Positions 40,020-52,938 are shown, numbered from the stretch's first letter. The stretch is 64,000 nt of DNA from an uncultured bacterium (GCA_903869825.1 CAIQAL010000028.1:1315-65314), one strand, 5' to 3'. Program-made: numbers and translations. Notes: generated by a model from the letters alone, not told the origin.

Positions 40020-40907
40020 TTATAACTTTTTTTCGGCTTTTAGAAACAAATCAAGGTCACCTGAGAGAACTGCATCAACGTTTGAGGTTTCAGCATCGGT
40101 TCGATGATCTTTCACCATCTTGTAGGGATGAAGCACATATGAGCGAATTTGACTCCCCCATTCTATCTCGGTGTTACCACTTTTTTTCATACTTTCTTCT
40201 ATCATCTTTTTTTCTTGTTCCGCCCGCCTAAAAATTTTGGCTCGTAAAATAGACAAAGCTTGTTCCCGGTTTTGTTCTTGAGAACGCTGTCCAGAAGCGT
40301 GAACTGATATCCCTGTCGGGATATGCACTATTCGAACGGCAGTTTCTCTTTTGTTGACATTCTGCCCGCCAGGACCTCCGGCTCGGGCAAATTCAATTTT
40401 CAAATCTCCTTCCGGGATTATAAAATCACGCTCTTCCAACTTGGAAAATTTCGGCAAAACCTCAACCAATGAAAAAGAAGTATGCCGCAACTTTTTTGCG
40501 TTGAAGGGTGAAATTCGGACTAACCGATGCACCCCGGATTCGTTTTTCAAAATACCATAAGCATTTTTACCTTCCACTTCAAATGAAACATTCTTATACC
40601 CATTCTGTTCGTTTTTATGTTCATTAATAAATGAAATTCCCCACCCTTTCCGATCGGCATATTTCAAATATATCTCGAGTAATATTCGAGAGAAATCTTC
40701 CGCGTCATCCCCCCCGGCTCCGGAGATAATCGTTATTATTGCATTACCTTTATCATATTTCCCCAAGCCTGCTTTTTTATTTTTTAATTCTTCAAGTTCC
40801 CTAATGGTGTTTTTCGCTTTTTCTTTATTCAGCCAAAAATCTGATCCCGTCATTTCTTGTTCGAGCCGAGCGATACTCTCTTCTATTTTATTTTTGTCTT
40901 CATCCAT
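40020..40907 (-). CDS. prfB: Peptide chain release factor 2, N-terminally shortened, no frameshift
   Basis: [13 protein letters not shown] (SPF), GGPGGQNVN (GGQ), [13 protein letters not shown]. Confidence 0.92.
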   Translation of the reverse strand: MDEDKNKIEESIARLEQEMTGSDFWLNKEKAKNTIRELEELKNKKAGLGKYDKGNAIITIISGAGGDDAEDFSRILLEIYLKYADRKGWGISFINEHKNEQNGYKNVSFEVEGKNAYGILKNESGVHRLVRISPFNAKKLRHTSFSLVEVLPKFSKLEERDFIIPEGDLKIEFARAGGPGGQNVNKRETAVRIVHIPTGISVHASGQRSQEQNREQALSILRAKIFRRAEQEKKMIEESMKKSGNTEIEWGSQIRSYVLHPYKMVKDHRTDAETSNVDAVLSGDLDLFLKAEKKL

Positions 40908-40908
40908 G

Positions 40909-40981
40909 AGCCACCTCTCGGGATTGAACCGAGGACCCCGTCTTTACGAAAGACGTGCTCTACCAACTGAGCTAAGGTGGC
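40909..40981 (-). tRNA. tRNA-Thr(CGT), CCA not encoded
   Basis: GCCACCT/AGGTGGC acceptor stem; CGTCT-TTCGTAA-AGACG anticodon arm; GGTTCAATCC. Confidence 0.97.
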
Positions 40982-41052
40982 AAAAAATTTTCAATTAATT
41001 AACAAAAGTGAAATTACTTAAATTTAACTTTAAATAACCTTTATTGCAAACG

Positions 41053-42081
41053 TCATTTCGAAAGTGCTTCAATCACACTCGCAGTACTGTCTGAAGGAGT
41101 TTTTGTTTGAGAACCAAAAATGTTTAGATTAATAAACCAAAGGGCAAAAATCAAGCATAGAACGGAAAGCCCACGAAATAATATCATTGGATGATTCTTC
41201 TTTGATTTTTTTATTATTATTAGAAGTAAGGCGATAGAAACGAAAAGGAAAAATGCTACAAAAATATAATTCACATACTCCCTAGGTGAAGTAAAAATTC
41301 GGCTCAAAAATACTTTAGTATTTGAATAATTTTTTGTTAAATCCCCCTGATTTGTAGCTTCGCCCAAAACTCTCGTTTCGACGGGAGTAGCAGGTAAAAC
41401 TGTCTTTACCCCTGTTGCCAGTTTAGGTTCAGCTTTTACAGGGGTTTTCGGCACAACGGGGTTTTGAGGGATAATGGATTTATTCTGGGCCACTTGCACG
41501 GTCGAAACTGAAGGATGGGTTCCAAAAAATTGCGCTACGAAAACTGTATTTTTCCCTTCGAAAATTCCATTTGCCACCCCGAACCCAACTTCGGTAAATT
41601 CTTTTTTTACTATGTTTGCACGGTGAGCTGGAGAATTCATCCAGGCTTCCGCGATATCTTTTGATTCAAAAAAGTTTATTGCTAAGTTTTCTCCCGCATA
41701 ACTATAATTGTAACCGACTTGATCGAAAAAATACCAAGGATCTTTCCCGTCAGGAGTAATGTGAGAAAAATATCCCCGGGTAGCCATATCATCCGCTTTC
41801 ATTTGAGCTGCCTTATCAAGTAAATTACTCTCGACAAGAGGGGGGGCATCGTTTTCTGCCCGATCTTGGTTCGTGAGTGAAGTAAGGACTGCAGGCAAAA
41901 CCGCTCCTAGTAATTTCGTTTTATCAAAAACAACAAATATTTGAGTAAGAAACAAAACCTCTATTCCGACAAGAACAACCAGTGAAACCATGACTGCTTT
42001 TGCTCTGAAAAAATGAGGTTTGTGATCATTACCTTCGTGAGGGATGAAATATTTTCTGAAACCTTTGACTAATTTCCACAT
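41053..42081 (-). CDS. CAP (SCP) domain membrane protein
   Basis: MATRGYFSH, AGENLA, WMNSPAHRANI; start MWKLV at 42081. Confidence 0.9.
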   Translation of the reverse strand: MWKLVKGFRKYFIPHEGNDHKPHFFRAKAVMVSLVVLVGIEVLFLTQIFVVFDKTKLLGAVLPAVLTSLTNQDRAENDAPPLVESNLLDKAAQMKADDMATRGYFSHITPDGKDPWYFFDQVGYNYSYAGENLAINFFESKDIAEAWMNSPAHRANIVKKEFTEVGFGVANGIFEGKNTVFVAQFFGTHPSVSTVQVAQNKSIIPQNPVVPKTPVKAEPKLATGVKTVLPATPVETRVLGEATNQGDLTKNYSNTKVFLSRIFTSPREYVNYIFVAFFLFVSIALLLIIIKKSKKNHPMILFRGLSVLCLIFALWFINLNIFGSQTKTPSDSTASVIEALSK

Positions 42082-42166
42082 TAATTGATTATATAACACA
42101 AAAACTAATCGTCAACTTTACTATTTTTTAAAAAAACAGTTCATGCTTGTATTTATTTTTTGTCTG

Positions 42167-42443
42167 AGCCGTTGATCGGGATTGAACCGATGACCTCGAT
42201 ATTCGTTTACACCTCCATTTCGCCCAAAATGGGCTTATAGAAGGACTAGACTGTATCTTACGCATATCTTTCGATGAAGCGTCCCTTGTCAGTCGTTCGG
42301 GCGGAAGTACATTTCTGCGCTCTCGCCACGGTCTTGTCCTTTTCAGGATATTAACCGTAATTCGGGTTTCACAAGCAAGTTTCCTCGCAAGCGGGCTATT
42401 AACGATAACCAATATCGTGCTCTACCAACTGAGCTACAACGGC
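42167..42443 (-). tRNA. tRNA-Thr(GGT) interrupted by a group I intron (exons 42408-42443 and 42167-42203)
   Basis: Joined exons give a 73-nt cloverleaf: GCCGTTG..CGATA-TTGGT|AA-TATCG..GGTTCAATCC..CAACGGC-T. Confidence 0.93.
42204..42407 (-). ncRNA. Group I self-splicing intron, 204 nt, no ORF (IC3-like)
   Basis: 5' exon ends in U, intron ends in G; P1 UAUUGGU/GUUAAUA; P4 UUACGGU/ACCGUGG; R element AACGACUG and S element AAGAUACAGUC form P7; GAAA tetraloops on P2 and P8. Confidence 0.9.
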
Positions 42444-42564
42444 ATATTTTTTTCTAATGAACCGGTGACCCAGGTAATTCCTAATGCGGTCATACCTCCT
42501 CACCCTAAATTATTTTACCCTTACTTTACAAACATATTCTCTCTGCTCAAGGTAGACCCACTCT

Positions 42565-42602
42565 TTACCAATATCGTGCTCTACCAACTGAGCTACAACG
42601 GC
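42565..42602 (-). repeat. Exact duplicate of tRNA-Thr(GGT) 5' half (nt 1-38 of the spliced form)
   Basis: 42567-42602 is identical to 42408-42443 and continues with AA as in the spliced tRNA. Confidence 0.92.
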
Positions 42603-42643
42603 TTATTTATTTTTTTGGAGATGTTAGAATACTACTATATTTT

Positions 42644-43843
42644 TTAAGGATTTTCAATGATTGCTTCTTTTTGAAGAACCATTTTTGATTTCAAAAAAAT
42701 AAAAACAATCATTGCAGCAAACGCTACCATTGCCGCAAATAAAAATGCATATGAAGGATTTATGGTCCAGAGGAATCCTGCAACAAGCGAGGCAGGAAGA
42801 TAAATAATTCCGGTGGTAAAATTATACATTCCAATAGCTGTTGCTCTTCTTTCCTTTTCAATATCTGCGATAAACGCCTTGCTTTGGGCTTCATCAATAC
42901 TGTAAAAAACACCAAATAAAATAAACAGCCCAATAATTTCCCATTTTTCTGTGGCAAAAATGAAGCCTATAGACATCAAAATGTACACAATATACTCGAG
43001 GATAATAATTGATTTTCTTCCAATAACATCTCCTAGTTTACCTATCGGAATTGAAATAATTACAAAAGAAATATTAAACAAGGCATACAGAAGCACGACA
43101 TCTTTTAACGCAAAACCGACTGCATAAGCTTTTAGTAATAAAAATGCAAAAGAAAAATACGCCAGAGAAAAAATTCCAGCAGGGATAAGATAAAGTTTAA
43201 ATCCTTTACTTAGGGTGCTTGATGCTTTAAAAATATTTTCTTTTTTGTGTGGGATTCCGGGACGATCTTTCATAATGGAAAGAATAATGACTGCTCCAAT
43301 CGCACAAGCAACAGCAGAGACGAAAATAATATGGAAAGCCCCTAGCTTTGTACCAAACGCGCTTAAAACAAAATACGCAAAGATAGGACCAAGAATTGCC
43401 CCGGACTTATCAAGCGCTTTATGCACTCCAAAAGAGTATCCCCTATTTGCTTCGCCGGCCACTTCCGATATCCACGCATCTCTCGGGGGGCCACGAAAAC
43501 TCTTCCCCAATCGCTCGATAATTCGGAAAGAAGCAAGGATTGCAACCGAATTTGCAAACAGAAGGAGTGCTTTTGCTAAAGTCGAAAAACCATATCCAAG
43601 CATAGTTAACGCTTTTCTTTTACCTGATTTATCTGAAAGCCAACCGGCAAAATAATCGAGCGAAGAAGCGGAAAAATCAGCAAAACCTTCGACAAATCCC
43701 AAAAAAGCTACTGAGGCTCCGGCGATTGTAGTGAAAAAAATTGAAAAAACAGAAAAAATTGCTTCGGAACTGACATCCGTCAAAAAACTCACAAACCCGA
43801 GTCTCAAGATATCTGGATGAACGTTGAATAATTTTTTTTTCAT
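42644..43843 (-). CDS. MFS transporter
   Basis: GWLSDKSGKRK, ERLGKSFRGPPRDA, GKLGDVIGRK. Confidence 0.92.
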   Translation of the reverse strand: MKKKLFNVHPDILRLGFVSFLTDVSSEAIFSVFSIFFTTIAGASVAFLGFVEGFADFSASSLDYFAGWLSDKSGKRKALTMLGYGFSTLAKALLLFANSVAILASFRIIERLGKSFRGPPRDAWISEVAGEANRGYSFGVHKALDKSGAILGPIFAYFVLSAFGTKLGAFHIIFVSAVACAIGAVIILSIMKDRPGIPHKKENIFKASSTLSKGFKLYLIPAGIFSLAYFSFAFLLLKAYAVGFALKDVVLLYALFNISFVIISIPIGKLGDVIGRKSIIILEYIVYILMSIGFIFATEKWEIIGLFILFGVFYSIDEAQSKAFIADIEKERRATAIGMYNFTTGIIYLPASLVAGFLWTINPSYAFLFAAMVAFAAMIVFIFLKSKMVLQKEAIIENP

Positions 43844-43861
43844 TTTTTTAATAAAAAATTA

Positions 43862-45190
43862 TTAATTCCAAGAGATAGTGTGCTCCCGATCCGGGCCCGT
43901 TCCAACCGAAACAATTTCAACACCAAAATCCGTCAATTTATTTTTGATGTAATCTAAATATAGTGAAAGCGCCGGAGAAACATTTTCTTTTTTAGAAATT
44001 CCGTAGTTTGCTCCACCCCAACCCGCCATTTCCTCAGTAGTAACATCTGTAACTTGGTTTAAGCGAAGCGGAAATTCTTTCATCATTTTTCCATTTTCCA
44101 AATACTCGGTTACTACTTTTATTTTATCGGTTGGACAAATATCCGCTTTGTTGACGAAAATCTTATTTGCCCCAGAAAGTCCGATAGCATATTTAAGCGC
44201 AACCAAATCAAGCCATCCACACATTCTCGAGCGACCGGTCGTAGCTCCAAATTCATGCCCGGCATCTTGAAACAACTTTTCCACTTCTTTATCTTTTATT
44301 CTAGCCGGAAAATCTCCCCCACCAACTTTCGTGGTATAAGCTTTTATTACTCCATAAATATCTCGGATTGTACGATGGGATACTCCCAGCCCCAATGAAA
44401 CATTGGCAGGCAAGGTATTAGAACTCGTGACATTCGGATAATCTCCATAATCTATATCGAGCATTATCCCTTGCGCCCCTTCCGCTAAAATATTTTTTCC
44501 TTCGGCAAGTCTTTTTTGAAGAAGAGATGACAAGTCACAGATTTTTAATTTTTTAACTAAGGCTAGTGCTTCTTGCCATTTTTCTTTCATTTCCATTATT
44601 TTTTCGTTCGGAATTTCAAAACCAGCTTCCCTTTGATACATTTTCAAAAAATCCATATGAATCTTGGCAAGGTTTTCTTCTTTTTGATTAAAATCAGAAA
44701 ACAAAATGTCTCCTATTAAAAGTCCCCTCCGGGCACGTGAATCACTATAGGTCGGGCCAATGCCCCGGGAAGTGGTTCCGATTTTTTCGCCGTCCTTGCT
44801 TCGGTAAGCTTCTTCTGCTTTATCTAAAAAAGGATGAAGCGCTGTAACTAATTTTGCTCGATTCGAAATATATAAACGATTTTCGACATCAAATCCTAAA
44901 TTTTTTAATTCTTTAATTTCTTTGACCAAAGATACTATGTCCACCACTACTCCGTTCCCAACATACAATTCTACTCCTTCCCTTAAACAGCCAGAAGGAA
45001 CAATGTGTCCAATAAATTCAGTATTTCCAAACTTTAAAGTGTGCCCAGCGTTTGCTCCACCTTGAAAACGAGCCACTCCAGAATAAATTCCACTTGAGAG
45101 AAGTTCGTCAATATTTTTTCCTTTCCCTTCATCTCCCCACTGAAGACCCACTAAGACATCAATAAACCCCTTCTTTCCATTTGTACTCAT
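43862..45190 (-). CDS. purA: Adenylosuccinate synthetase
   Basis: GLQWGDEGKGK, RFQGGANAGHT, EGAQG, EFGATTGRSR; start MSTNG at 45190. Confidence 0.96.
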   Translation of the reverse strand: MSTNGKKGFIDVLVGLQWGDEGKGKNIDELLSSGIYSGVARFQGGANAGHTLKFGNTEFIGHIVPSGCLREGVELYVGNGVVVDIVSLVKEIKELKNLGFDVENRLYISNRAKLVTALHPFLDKAEEAYRSKDGEKIGTTSRGIGPTYSDSRARRGLLIGDILFSDFNQKEENLAKIHMDFLKMYQREAGFEIPNEKIMEMKEKWQEALALVKKLKICDLSSLLQKRLAEGKNILAEGAQGIMLDIDYGDYPNVTSSNTLPANVSLGLGVSHRTIRDIYGVIKAYTTKVGGGDFPARIKDKEVEKLFQDAGHEFGATTGRSRMCGWLDLVALKYAIGLSGANKIFVNKADICPTDKIKVVTEYLENGKMMKEFPLRLNQVTDVTTEEMAGWGGANYGISKKENVSPALSLYLDYIKNKLTDFGVEIVSVGTGPDREHTISWN

Positions 45191-45197
45191 ATTTATT

Positions 45198-48768
<3,571 letters not shown>

Positions 48769-48769
48769 A

Positions 48770-49453
48770 TTAAAAATCGTCTCGCATAAGATACCCAATC
48801 CCTCGGACACTTTCGAATATTTTTTTATTTCGCTTCTTTTCCAATTTCTTTCTAAGGTTGTTGATGTGAACATCTACAAAATTGCTGAACGATTCGGAAT
48901 TAAAATCCCACATATTAAAAATAATTTCGTCTCGAGTAAGCACTCGATTCGGATGACGCATCATATATTCCAAAAGTCCAAACTCTTTTAAGGTAAGTTT
49001 CACTTCCTTTTTGTCAATGTAAACTTTTCTAGTTATTGGATTCAAGCTCAAATTACCAACGGAAAGTTTGCTTATTAGAGACGATTCTTTGGGCCTTCTT
49101 AAAATTGCTCGCACGCGAGCCAAAAGCTCTTTGAATTCAAATGGCTTAGTCAAATAATCGTCCGCTCCTTTGTCGAGGGCTGAAATTTTGTCATCAATGA
49201 AATTTCTTGCAGTCAAAACCAAAATTGGAATATCGATTCCCTGACCTCTGACATCCCGACAAATTTCAAAGCCGTCTTTTCCGGGTAACATCAAATCAAG
49301 GATAACCAAGTCGTAATTTTTGTAATAAACCTCAATCCTTCTTAGTCCCACAATTCCGTCGGCTATTAAATCAACAACATAGCCTTCCTTTTCGAGGCCT
49401 ATTTTGATTAATTTCGCAATATTTTCTTCATCCTCTATAACTAAAATCTTCAT
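48770..49453 (-). CDS. OmpR-family response regulator
   Basis: ILVIEDE, ILDLMLP, GADDYLTKPF, VDVHINNLRKK. Confidence 0.95.
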   Translation of the reverse strand: MKILVIEDEENIAKLIKIGLEKEGYVVDLIADGIVGLRRIEVYYKNYDLVILDLMLPGKDGFEICRDVRGQGIDIPILVLTARNFIDDKISALDKGADDYLTKPFEFKELLARVRAILRRPKESSLISKLSVGNLSLNPITRKVYIDKKEVKLTLKEFGLLEYMMRHPNRVLTRDEIIFNMWDFNSESFSNFVDVHINNLRKKLEKKRNKKIFESVRGIGYLMRDDF

Positions 49454-49514
49454 ATCTAGTTAATTATCTCACTATAAAAAAGTAAGTCAAGAATTTAATG
49501 TGGATTTAATGAAT

Positions 49515-50177
49515 CTAATTTGCCTTTATTTTCCAAGCCTCAATTTCCTTATGATTTCCAGAAAGAAGAATTTCAGGGACTTTATAATTTTTATTCTTGT
49601 GTTTCAAAGCTTCGGGTCTCGTATAAACTTCACTCGAAGAAATCCTTTCTTCTTCTAAAGATTCATACTTTCCGAGCACTCCGGGGATTTGACGGGATAT
49701 ACAGTCAATTAAAATCATTGCTGGTAATTCTCCCCCGGTCAAGACATAGTCTCCTATGGAAACCTTTTTAGTTTTTAAAATTTTATCCACCCGGGCATCG
49801 ATACCTTCATAACGTCCACAAATAAAAATGATATCCGTATATTTTTTTGAAATAGTTTTTGCAAAGTCTGTGGTAAATTTTTCGGCGCTTGGAATAAAAT
49901 TAATAGTTAAGATTTTATTTTTTTTATTTTTTATTTTTGAAATGGCCTTTTCCACTGCCAGAATTATCGGTTCCGCTTTCATCACCATCCCAGGACCCCC
50001 AGAATATGGTTTATCATCCACTGGCTTGTAACCATTTTTATTTTTATCTTTAATAAAATCCCTCGGGTTATAAAAAACAACCGAAATATGCTTATTCTTA
50101 ATCGCTCGCCCAATAATAGATTCATTTAAGTATGAATCAAAAATATTAGGGAAAATTGTAATAACGTGAAAACGCAT
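49515..50177 (-). CDS. trmD: tRNA (guanine37-N1)-methyltransferase
   Basis: VDDKPYSGGPGMVM, CGRYEGID, SIGDYVLTGGE, YTRP. Confidence 0.96.
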   Translation of the reverse strand: MRFHVITIFPNIFDSYLNESIIGRAIKNKHISVVFYNPRDFIKDKNKNGYKPVDDKPYSGGPGMVMKAEPIILAVEKAISKIKNKKNKILTINFIPSAEKFTTDFAKTISKKYTDIIFICGRYEGIDARVDKILKTKKVSIGDYVLTGGELPAMILIDCISRQIPGVLGKYESLEEERISSSEVYTRPEALKHKNKNYKVPEILLSGNHKEIEAWKIKAN

Positions 50178-50198
50178 ATTGTTATATTAGCACAAAAA

Positions 50199-50225
50199 CA
50201 AAAAACCGCTTGTAGCGGTTTTTTG
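50199..50225 (-). terminator. Intrinsic terminator after khpA
   Basis: CAAAAAACCGCT-tgt-AGCGGTTTTTTG. Confidence 0.8.
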
Positions 50226-50243
50226 TAATAGTTTAAATTCTAT

Positions 50244-50570
50244 TTAGATTCCTTTCAAATCTTCCATTGCTTGGTCTACGGTCTTCAGTGATGAAGAAGG
50301 AACATGTGGTGGTCTTTCACTTCCTTCCGGCTCGTTGATTTTTAAGTTCACGCGAGCATTGTTCTTCATCCCAATAACTCGGAGTAATGTGCGGATAGCT
50401 TTGGCAGTGTTTCCCATTCTCCCGATAATCTTACCCATATCGGCAGGATTAACGGTCAAAGAAATAAGCACCCCCATTTCGTCGACAGTCCGGTCGATTT
50501 TGACATCGTTCGGATTATCTACTAGAGCTTTTACGACATATTCCAAAAATATCTTGTCAGCGTCTTGCAT
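50244..50570 (-). CDS. khpA: KH-domain RNA-binding protein KhpA
   Basis: LVDNPNDV, DMGKIIGRMGNTAKAIRTLL; follows rpsP. Confidence 0.9.
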   Translation of the reverse strand: MQDADKIFLEYVVKALVDNPNDVKIDRTVDEMGVLISLTVNPADMGKIIGRMGNTAKAIRTLLRVIGMKNNARVNLKINEPEGSERPPHVPSSSLKTVDQAMEDLKGI

Positions 50571-50643
50571 AGTATTCAGAGAGATAATATTTTTTAATCA
50601 TGGCAGTATCCGACCAATAACTGCTTCACCCTATTATATAGAA

Positions 50644-50952
50644 TTATTTCTTAGCTTTCAACTCTTTTTTCTTTTGAGTAGGTTTCTTTTTAGGTAAAAC
50701 GTTTATTTTCTTACCTTCTATAGCTTTTTGATGGACTAAGAAATTGTGCATAGTATCGGAAAGTTTGGCGCCTTTTCCCATCCAGTAGATTATCCTGTCG
50801 GTTTTGAAATTGGTAACTCCCGCCTTGGGATTGTAATTTCCAACAATTTCCAAAAATCTTCCGCTTTTTGTGCTATTTTTTGAATCTGTCAAAACAGCTC
50901 GAAAAGACGGATCATTCTTCCTGCCTATTCTTTGTAATCTAATTTTTAACAT
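50644..50952 (-). CDS. rpsP: 30S ribosomal protein S16
   Basis: MLKIRLQRIGRK, GRFLEIVGNYNP, GAKLSDT. Confidence 0.96.
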   Translation of the reverse strand: MLKIRLQRIGRKNDPSFRAVLTDSKNSTKSGRFLEIVGNYNPKAGVTNFKTDRIIYWMGKGAKLSDTMHNFLVHQKAIEGKKINVLPKKKPTQKKKELKAKK

Positions 50953-51042
50953 AAAAACAGTTTAGCATATATTACAAAAAAGGCAAATAAAATTTAACCT
51001 TGAAAAGGTTTCTTTTTTTTGTGCTATATTAAAGTAATAATT

Positions 51043-52938
51043 ATGAATAGACCAATCAAAACGAAACATTTTCTATGGGCCGGGATTGCCGTTTCGCTGG
51101 GGCTTCTTTTAGCTGTGGTTGCTACTAAAAGTAGCGGTTCAGAAAAAATCGAATCAAAAGATCCTATTCCTCAAATTGTTCAAATCCCAAATAATAGCCC
51201 CCAAACCCCTGAAAATTTCTATTTTATTAAAAACTCGACCAAAAAACCTCTTGTTTCCGCCGAGGCATATTATGTGGGAGATTTGGATACCGGAGAAATA
51301 ATCCTGAAAAAAAATGAAACTACGCAATTCCCTATCGCTTCTGTTTCAAAACTTATGACCGCTACCATCTCGGAAGAGCTTCAAAATCAGGGAGATGAAG
51401 CAACGATATCAAAAACTGCTCTTGCAACTAATGGCGAAAATGGCGGTTTCCATTTAAACGAAAAAATAAAAATAAGTGACTTACTCTACCCTCTCCTTTT
51501 AGAATCGAGCAACGATGCTGCCGAGGCAATTGCGGAAAACTCCGGCAGAGATTTTTTTATAAAGAAAATGAACGAAAAGGCAAAAGACCTTGGACTTTTA
51601 AACACTACTTTTGAAGACCCAAGCGGACTTTCGGAAAATAATAAATCTACGGCGATCGATCTTTTCACTTTTGCGACAGATCTAAAAAAGAATTTTCCAG
51701 ACTTACTTCAGATTTCTTCTTTAAAGAGTTACAAAAACAAGTCCCACATCTGGTTTAGTAATAGTCAGTTTTTAGAACTCCCAGGATATCAAGGAGGGAA
51801 AAGAGGCTATACCAATCCAGCCAGAGAAAATGCACTTTCTCTGTTTACCTTACCTCTTGGAAAAGTTGGAATGCGAAATATCGGGATTGTGGTTCTTCGA
51901 AGTGCAGATAGATACAAAGACGTAAAAAATATTTTAAATTATTTGAATAAATATGTTTATTATGGAGGTACCGTTGACGCAGATATGGCTTGGGTAAAAA
52001 GTAAAGACAAAATTGAAGACGAAAGCGTAATATCTCCGAATTCGATTAGTTTACTATTCGGAGGCGACTTAATGTTAGATCGAGGAGTAAGAAGTTCTGT
52101 CCTAAAGAATTTTAACGGAGATTATTCGGCACTATTTAATAATCTTGATTTATTAAAAAAAGCTGACATTGCTTTTGCAAATTTGGAAGGACCTGCCTCA
52201 GATATAGGGAGCGACAAACACAACCTTTATTCTTTCAGAATGGACCCCTCTGTAATTCCCGCTTTGAAAGGAGCCGGTTTTAGCGTCTTGTCGGTTGCAA
52301 ATAATCATGTGGGAGATTGGGGTCGCGATGCGTATGCAGACACCCTCTCGAGGCTAACGGAAAACGAAATAGGATACACTGGAGGTGGAACAAATATCAA
52401 GGAAGCTGGAAAACCCAAAATTATCGAAAAATTTGGCTTTAAAGTAGGTTATCTTGGATTTTCCGACGTTGGACCAACCTGGATGAAAGCAGATGACACA
52501 AATGCGGGGATTTTGCTTGCGAGTGATCCGAATTTTGACACAATAGTAAGCAGTGCTGCAAAACAAGTTGACCTTTTAGTTGTCTCATTCCACTTTGGAG
52601 TAGAGTACCAAACTAAACATAACGCTCAACAAGAAGCTTTGGCTCACAAGGCGATTGATGATGGGGCAAAAATAATTATCGGTTCACATCCACACGTAGC
52701 AGAAGATACTGAGGTTTACAAAAATGGTTACATTGCTTACTCGCTCGGCAATTTTATTTTTGATCAATATTTTTCTCAAAACACGATGCAAGGAACGTTA
52801 CTTGAAGTAACATATAACAAAGATGGAACTCTTGTCGTAAAAAAAGACACAGTTCTCCTAAATCATGCATTCCAACCAAATAAAGTTATTCTAGGAAAAG
52901 AAGAAAAGATAAAATTTAAGACAGTGAAAACTCAATAA
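51043..52938 (+). CDS. Peptidase S11 (D-Ala-D-Ala carboxypeptidase) fused to CapA/PGA_cap metallophosphatase
   Basis: SVSK, SSN, KRG triad; GDLMLDR, NLEGP, ANNH, FHFG.EY, GSHPHV, YSLGNF. Confidence 0.88.
   Translation: MNRPIKTKHFLWAGIAVSLGLLLAVVATKSSGSEKIESKDPIPQIVQIPNNSPQTPENFYFIKNSTKKPLVSAEAYYVGDLDTGEIILKKNETTQFPIASVSKLMTATISEELQNQGDEATISKTALATNGENGGFHLNEKIKISDLLYPLLLESSNDAAEAIAENSGRDFFIKKMNEKAKDLGLLNTTFEDPSGLSENNKSTAIDLFTFATDLKKNFPDLLQISSLKSYKNKSHIWFSNSQFLELPGYQGGKRGYTNPARENALSLFTLPLGKVGMRNIGIVVLRSADRYKDVKNILNYLNKYVYYGGTVDADMAWVKSKDKIEDESVISPNSISLLFGGDLMLDRGVRSSVLKNFNGDYSALFNNLDLLKKADIAFANLEGPASDIGSDKHNLYSFRMDPSVIPALKGAGFSVLSVANNHVGDWGRDAYADTLSRLTENEIGYTGGGTNIKEAGKPKIIEKFGFKVGYLGFSDVGPTWMKADDTNAGILLASDPNFDTIVSSAAKQVDLLVVSFHFGVEYQTKHNAQQEALAHKAIDDGAKIIIGSHPHVAEDTEVYKNGYIAYSLGNFIFDQYFSQNTMQGTLLEVTYNKDGTLVVKKDTVLLNHAFQPNKVILGKEEKIKFKTVKTQ

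Noticed and set aside
42408-42602. 36-bp direct repeat as a CRISPR array
   Set aside because: Only two copies, a 123-nt gap, the repeat is a tRNA half, and there are no cas genes.
42128-42647. ORFs 42128..42412 (-) and 42417..42647 (+)
   Set aside because: They overlap the intron and tRNA copies; the repeated LYQLSYNG peptide is antisense tRNA sequence, and there is no homing endonuclease motif.
49515-50952. rimM and rplS absent from the rpsP-khpA-trmD cluster
   Set aside because: Operon rearrangement is common; loss cannot be inferred from one window.
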